Positions 63,753-64,000 of a DNA stretch of 64,000 nucleotides are shown here, piece by piece. The notes beneath the pieces were generated by a model. It ran no database searches, was not told the DNA's origin, and was given only the letters and a program-made list of their open reading frames with translations. The stretch lies in the NCBI GenBank assembly GCA_046563655.1, contig CM102286.1:2542001-2606000 (forward strand), written 5' to 3'. The stretch comes from Yuukianura sp. NJ FZ-2021 (lineage: Eukaryota). The position numbers and the translations under genes were made by a program. Position 1 is the stretch's first letter. Each line of letters starts with the position of its first letter.

Positions 63753-64000
63753 AATTATAGCGTGCCTTTGAAAAAAACAAAAATTTGAAAGTGCCTCCAC
63801 ACACGAAAGTGATACGTGACCCACCGAACTCTACACGCCATTTTCTCCCGCCAAAAAATTTGACCCCCTGTGACCCCTTCACCTCAGAAAGCCATTTTTA
63901 GCCTTATTGTTATGCTTTTTGTAACTGTGACAATTAAAAGTGAATTTTTGAAAAAAAAAAACAACAACTATGGGATAAAAATACTTACTACACTATTTTT

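Overview
Eukaryotic, AT-rich arthropod DNA with mostly short (about 55-130 nt) GT-AG introns. The gene content (divergent ionotropic receptor, ZAD zinc finger, GR/OR-like 7TM protein, intron-bearing bacterial-type gene) suggests a springtail or similar basal hexapod; this is inference. The first ~35 kb is gene-dense: LDLa/TM receptor (partial), secreted LRR protein, cysteamine dioxygenase (ADO), bacterial-type DUF5077/DUF3472 gene, RMND1, BAR-RhoGAP, catalytically dead trypsin-like protein, 7TM chemoreceptor, IR, a two-domain CSαβ defensin-like precursor, ATF6, ZAD-C2H2, a small Cys-rich secreted peptide, a DOMON protein and an EF-hand protein. The remaining ~29 kb is mostly non-coding DNA upstream of and inside a Semaphorin-1a-like gene. 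Three non-autonomous transposons can be delimited by eye. The most striking observation: the N-terminal ~85 aa of RMND1 are a diverged copy of the N-terminus of the neighbouring, divergently transcribed ADO, and an apparently horizontally acquired gene lies between the two. All gene models and alignments were made by hand and are unverified.
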